NCBI GenBank assembly: GCA_021848885.1
Contig: JAJZTN010000002.1
Coordinates: 1-47,942 of the forward strand
Source of the DNA: Actinomycetes bacterium
Lineage (GTDB): Bacteria > Actinomycetota > Actinomycetes > JAJZTN01
DNA: 47,942 nt
Direction: 5' to 3'
The position numbers and the translations under genes are program-made. Below, in pieces: positions 46,416 through 47,942 of the stretch. How positions within the stretch are numbered: position 1 is the first letter of the stretch; each line of letters opens with the position of its first letter. The notes below the pieces were generated by a model. The model was not told the DNA's origin and ran no database searches. It saw nothing but the letters and a program-made list of their open reading frames with translations.

Positions 46416-46449
46416 GCCGGTGACCGGACGCTGCTGCCCGGTCACCGGC
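46416..46449 (+). terminator. Perfect 12-bp-stem hairpin after the integrase stop
   Basis: GCCGGTGACCGG (46416-46427), a 10-nt loop, then CCGGTCACCGGC (46438-46449). Begins 16 nt after the TGA. Confidence 0.6.
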
Positions 46450-46644
46450 GCTCGGAACCGCAGTTCCGTTCGGGCCTTTCGGACATATCGACCCAGACCA
46501 ACAGTTCGTCGATGCGAGCCGAACCGTCACTACTCGACGTGCTGGAGCTGCTTGATCTGCCGCTGTCGGCAAGACCCAGCCCGACCGCACAACTCCGGTC
46601 GGGCTGGATCGACACCGGGAACGGTGAGCCGCGAGGATGGTGAC

Positions 46645-47316
46645 GTGAAGCGCTCGACGGCGATCGGCCACCTCGTCGAGATTGGGGAGGTGTCATCGGA
46701 AAAGCTGCGGCTGCGCGGCACGGAGATCGGGTGGCCGGTCGAGGAGCTCTGGGTCGCGGGAGACTTGCTCGGCTTCGCCGACACAGTCGATGCAGGCTCC
46801 GTCGTGCTCGTTCTCGACGTGCCGCCCGACGAGGCATCGTGGCTCGCGATCAACCGCGCCGGCGAGTGGGCCGGCGACCAGCTCCGGCTCCGGAAGCGCC
46901 CCCTGCTGTGGTGCTACCGGCCCCTCGCGTGGCCGGTGTGGAACCACCAGCATCGCCGGCTGGTCCGGTACTGGTCAGCCGGCGCCGGACTCGACGACAC
47001 CGTCATCGATGCGTTGCGGACCAGACGGCTCGACCGCCTCGACGTCGTGGAGCCGACGGCAAGCGAACTCGACCAACAGCTGCACGCTGAGCTGCCCGTC
47101 TCGCGCAGACACCTGCGCATGGTGATCGAACGCTACTGGGATCGGGACTGGCGACGGGAGCACACAGGCTACGACGAGTCTCCCGAGAACCACCTATGGC
47201 GGGCCGCCGCCGCCGTCTCCGAGATGCAGGACGCCCTGAACGAACTGAAGGCGCCCGCTTCCCCCACCGATTCGACTCCTGTCGTGCCTACGAACGAGCA
47301 CCCAGCCCCTCACTGA
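46645..47316 (+). CDS. Uncharacterised conserved-looking protein
   Basis: GTG 46645, in frame with tracked ORF 46420-47316. High G/C third positions. Trp/Arg-rich sequence (...WPVEELWVAGDLLGF...LLWCYRPLAWPVWNH...RYWDRDWRREH...). No family confidently recognised. Confidence 0.65.
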   Translation: MKRSTAIGHLVEIGEVSSEKLRLRGTEIGWPVEELWVAGDLLGFADTVDAGSVVLVLDVPPDEASWLAINRAGEWAGDQLRLRKRPLLWCYRPLAWPVWNHQHRRLVRYWSAGAGLDDTVIDALRTRRLDRLDVVEPTASELDQQLHAELPVSRRHLRMVIERYWDRDWRREHTGYDESPENHLWRAAAAVSEMQDALNELKAPASPTDSTPVVPTNEHPAPH

Positions 47317-47420
47317 ACGGCGCAGGCACAGTCACCCGAATGAGACAGCCCGAGCCACCTGAGGACATTCCGGACACCGATGATGTTCATCGAAAGGGCG
47401 AAGCCCCTCGTCAGACGGGG

Positions 47421-47494
47421 TGGGGCGGGTGGGACTCGAACCCACGACCCAGGGATTATGAGTCCCCTGCTCTGACCGGCTGAGCTACCGCCCC
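47421..47494 (-). tRNA. tRNA-Met (anticodon CAT, elongator-like)
   Basis: Minus strand GGGGCGGTAGCTCAGCCGGTCAGAGCAGGGGACTCATAATCCCTGGGTCGTGGGTTCGAGTCCCACCCGCCCCA. Acceptor GGGGCGG/CCGCCCC. A lysidine-modified tRNA-Ile2 cannot be excluded from sequence alone. Confidence 0.9.
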
Positions 47495-47538
47495 GGGGGG
47501 ACCAGCCACCCGCAGCGGCTGCCCGCTGGGGCGTCGAG

Positions 47539-47611
47539 CTCCCGCGATAGGACTCGAACCTATAACCTGCCGGTTAACAGCCGGACGCTCTGCCAGTTGA
47601 GCTACGCGGGA
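47539..47611 (-). tRNA. tRNA-Asn (anticodon GTT)
   Basis: Minus strand TCCCGCGTAGCTCAACTGGCAGAGCGTCCGGCTGTTAACCGGCAGGTTATAGGTTCGAGTCCTATCGCGGGAG. Acceptor TCCCGCG/CGCGGGA, anticodon loop CTGTTAA. Confidence 0.94.
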
Positions 47612-47669
47612 CCGGTCGCCAGGCGACCGGCGTCAAGGTTAGCGCACCGCAACGACCGGTCCGGCGCCG

Positions 47670-47942
47670 TCAGGGGCGCAACCCCGCCGGTGGGAGATTG
47701 CCATCGTCGGGCCCCTCGCCGGTCGCGGCCCGCAGCTCGACGAGCGCAGCCTCGACCTGGACGCGCAGCAGCGGGTCGTCCGGGTCGGCGCCGCCGTCGT
47801 AGCGCACCTGCCAGCTCAGCCGTTGCTGTCTGGGCGTACGCCGGGCCACCACCGTCGCACCGCCCCGGCCGCGCACGCTGACCCGCTGGCTGAGCACGAT
47901 GCTGGACTGCACGCGCTCCCGCACCGTCTCCGGCAGCAGGCT
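47670..47942 (-). CDS. 3' part of a gene continuing beyond the window end (hypothetical)
   Basis: Frame is open from the window edge to TGA 47672-47670 with high G/C third positions. No family recognised. Confidence 0.5.
   Translation of the reverse strand, partial: SLLPETVRERVQSSIVLSQRVSVRGRGGATVVARRTPRQQRLSWQVRYDGGADPDDPLLRVQVEAALVELRAATGEGPDDGNLPPAGLRP

Larger units (their letters stand above)
45086..47420. mobile_element. Integrase-bearing remnant of an integrative element abutting the 3' end of tRNA-Met
   Basis: A tyrosine recombinase plus two unknown ORFs lie directly next to the tRNA-Met 3' end (47421), with lower local GC. No att direct repeat found by eye, so boundaries are uncertain. 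Confidence 0.35.

Noticed and set aside
47196-47483. 95-aa plus-strand ORF near the window end
   Set aside because: It overlaps tRNA-Met on the opposite strand (translation ...GWDSNPRPRDYESPALTG is the usual tRNA artefact) and the end of the preceding gene.

Overview
High-GC actinobacterial chromosome segment, annotated by eye from motifs, frame and third-position G/C bias and gene order; no searches were run. From about 0 to 40 kb it is conserved core. Its gene order mirrors, as I recall it, the Mycobacterium tuberculosis Rv2221c-Rv2247 neighbourhood. That core holds an MFS exporter coupled to glnE and glnA2, then nadE, panB and map. It also holds the RNase H / zinc-ribbon / Nif3 trio, aceE, a MabR/FasR-like PucR regulator, and fabD-fabH-acpP-kasA/fabF-accD6. 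RNase P RNA (rnpB), tRNA-Val and a small vapBC islet sit within it.

From about 40.3 to 47.4 kb the sequence looks accessory, with A/T-richer stretches and different codon bias. This part contains an intact hipBA cassette wedged between two truncated genes, an SDR gene and a HIT-like gene. It also has a decayed Phd/ParE-type toxin-antitoxin locus, an intact yefM-yoeB, a tyrosine recombinase and two uncharacterised ORFs. It ends at tRNA-Met and tRNA-Asn.

No CRISPR array, rRNA, transposase or classical defence operon was seen. I cannot name a clearly novel multi-gene system. The candidates most worth follow-up are:
- FabD fused to a lysine-less biotinyl-domain-like module.
- RNase HI fused to a MazG-like pyrophosphatase domain.
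- The unknown ORFs flanking the recombinase in the TA-dense tRNA-proximal patch.
- A 17-bp perfect inverted repeat beside rnpB.
- A set of perfect tandem repeats whose units are multiples of 3 nt (12, 15, 24 and 27 bp).

Many long ORFs in the six-frame track are antisense or out-of-frame artefacts of the high GC content and were rejected.
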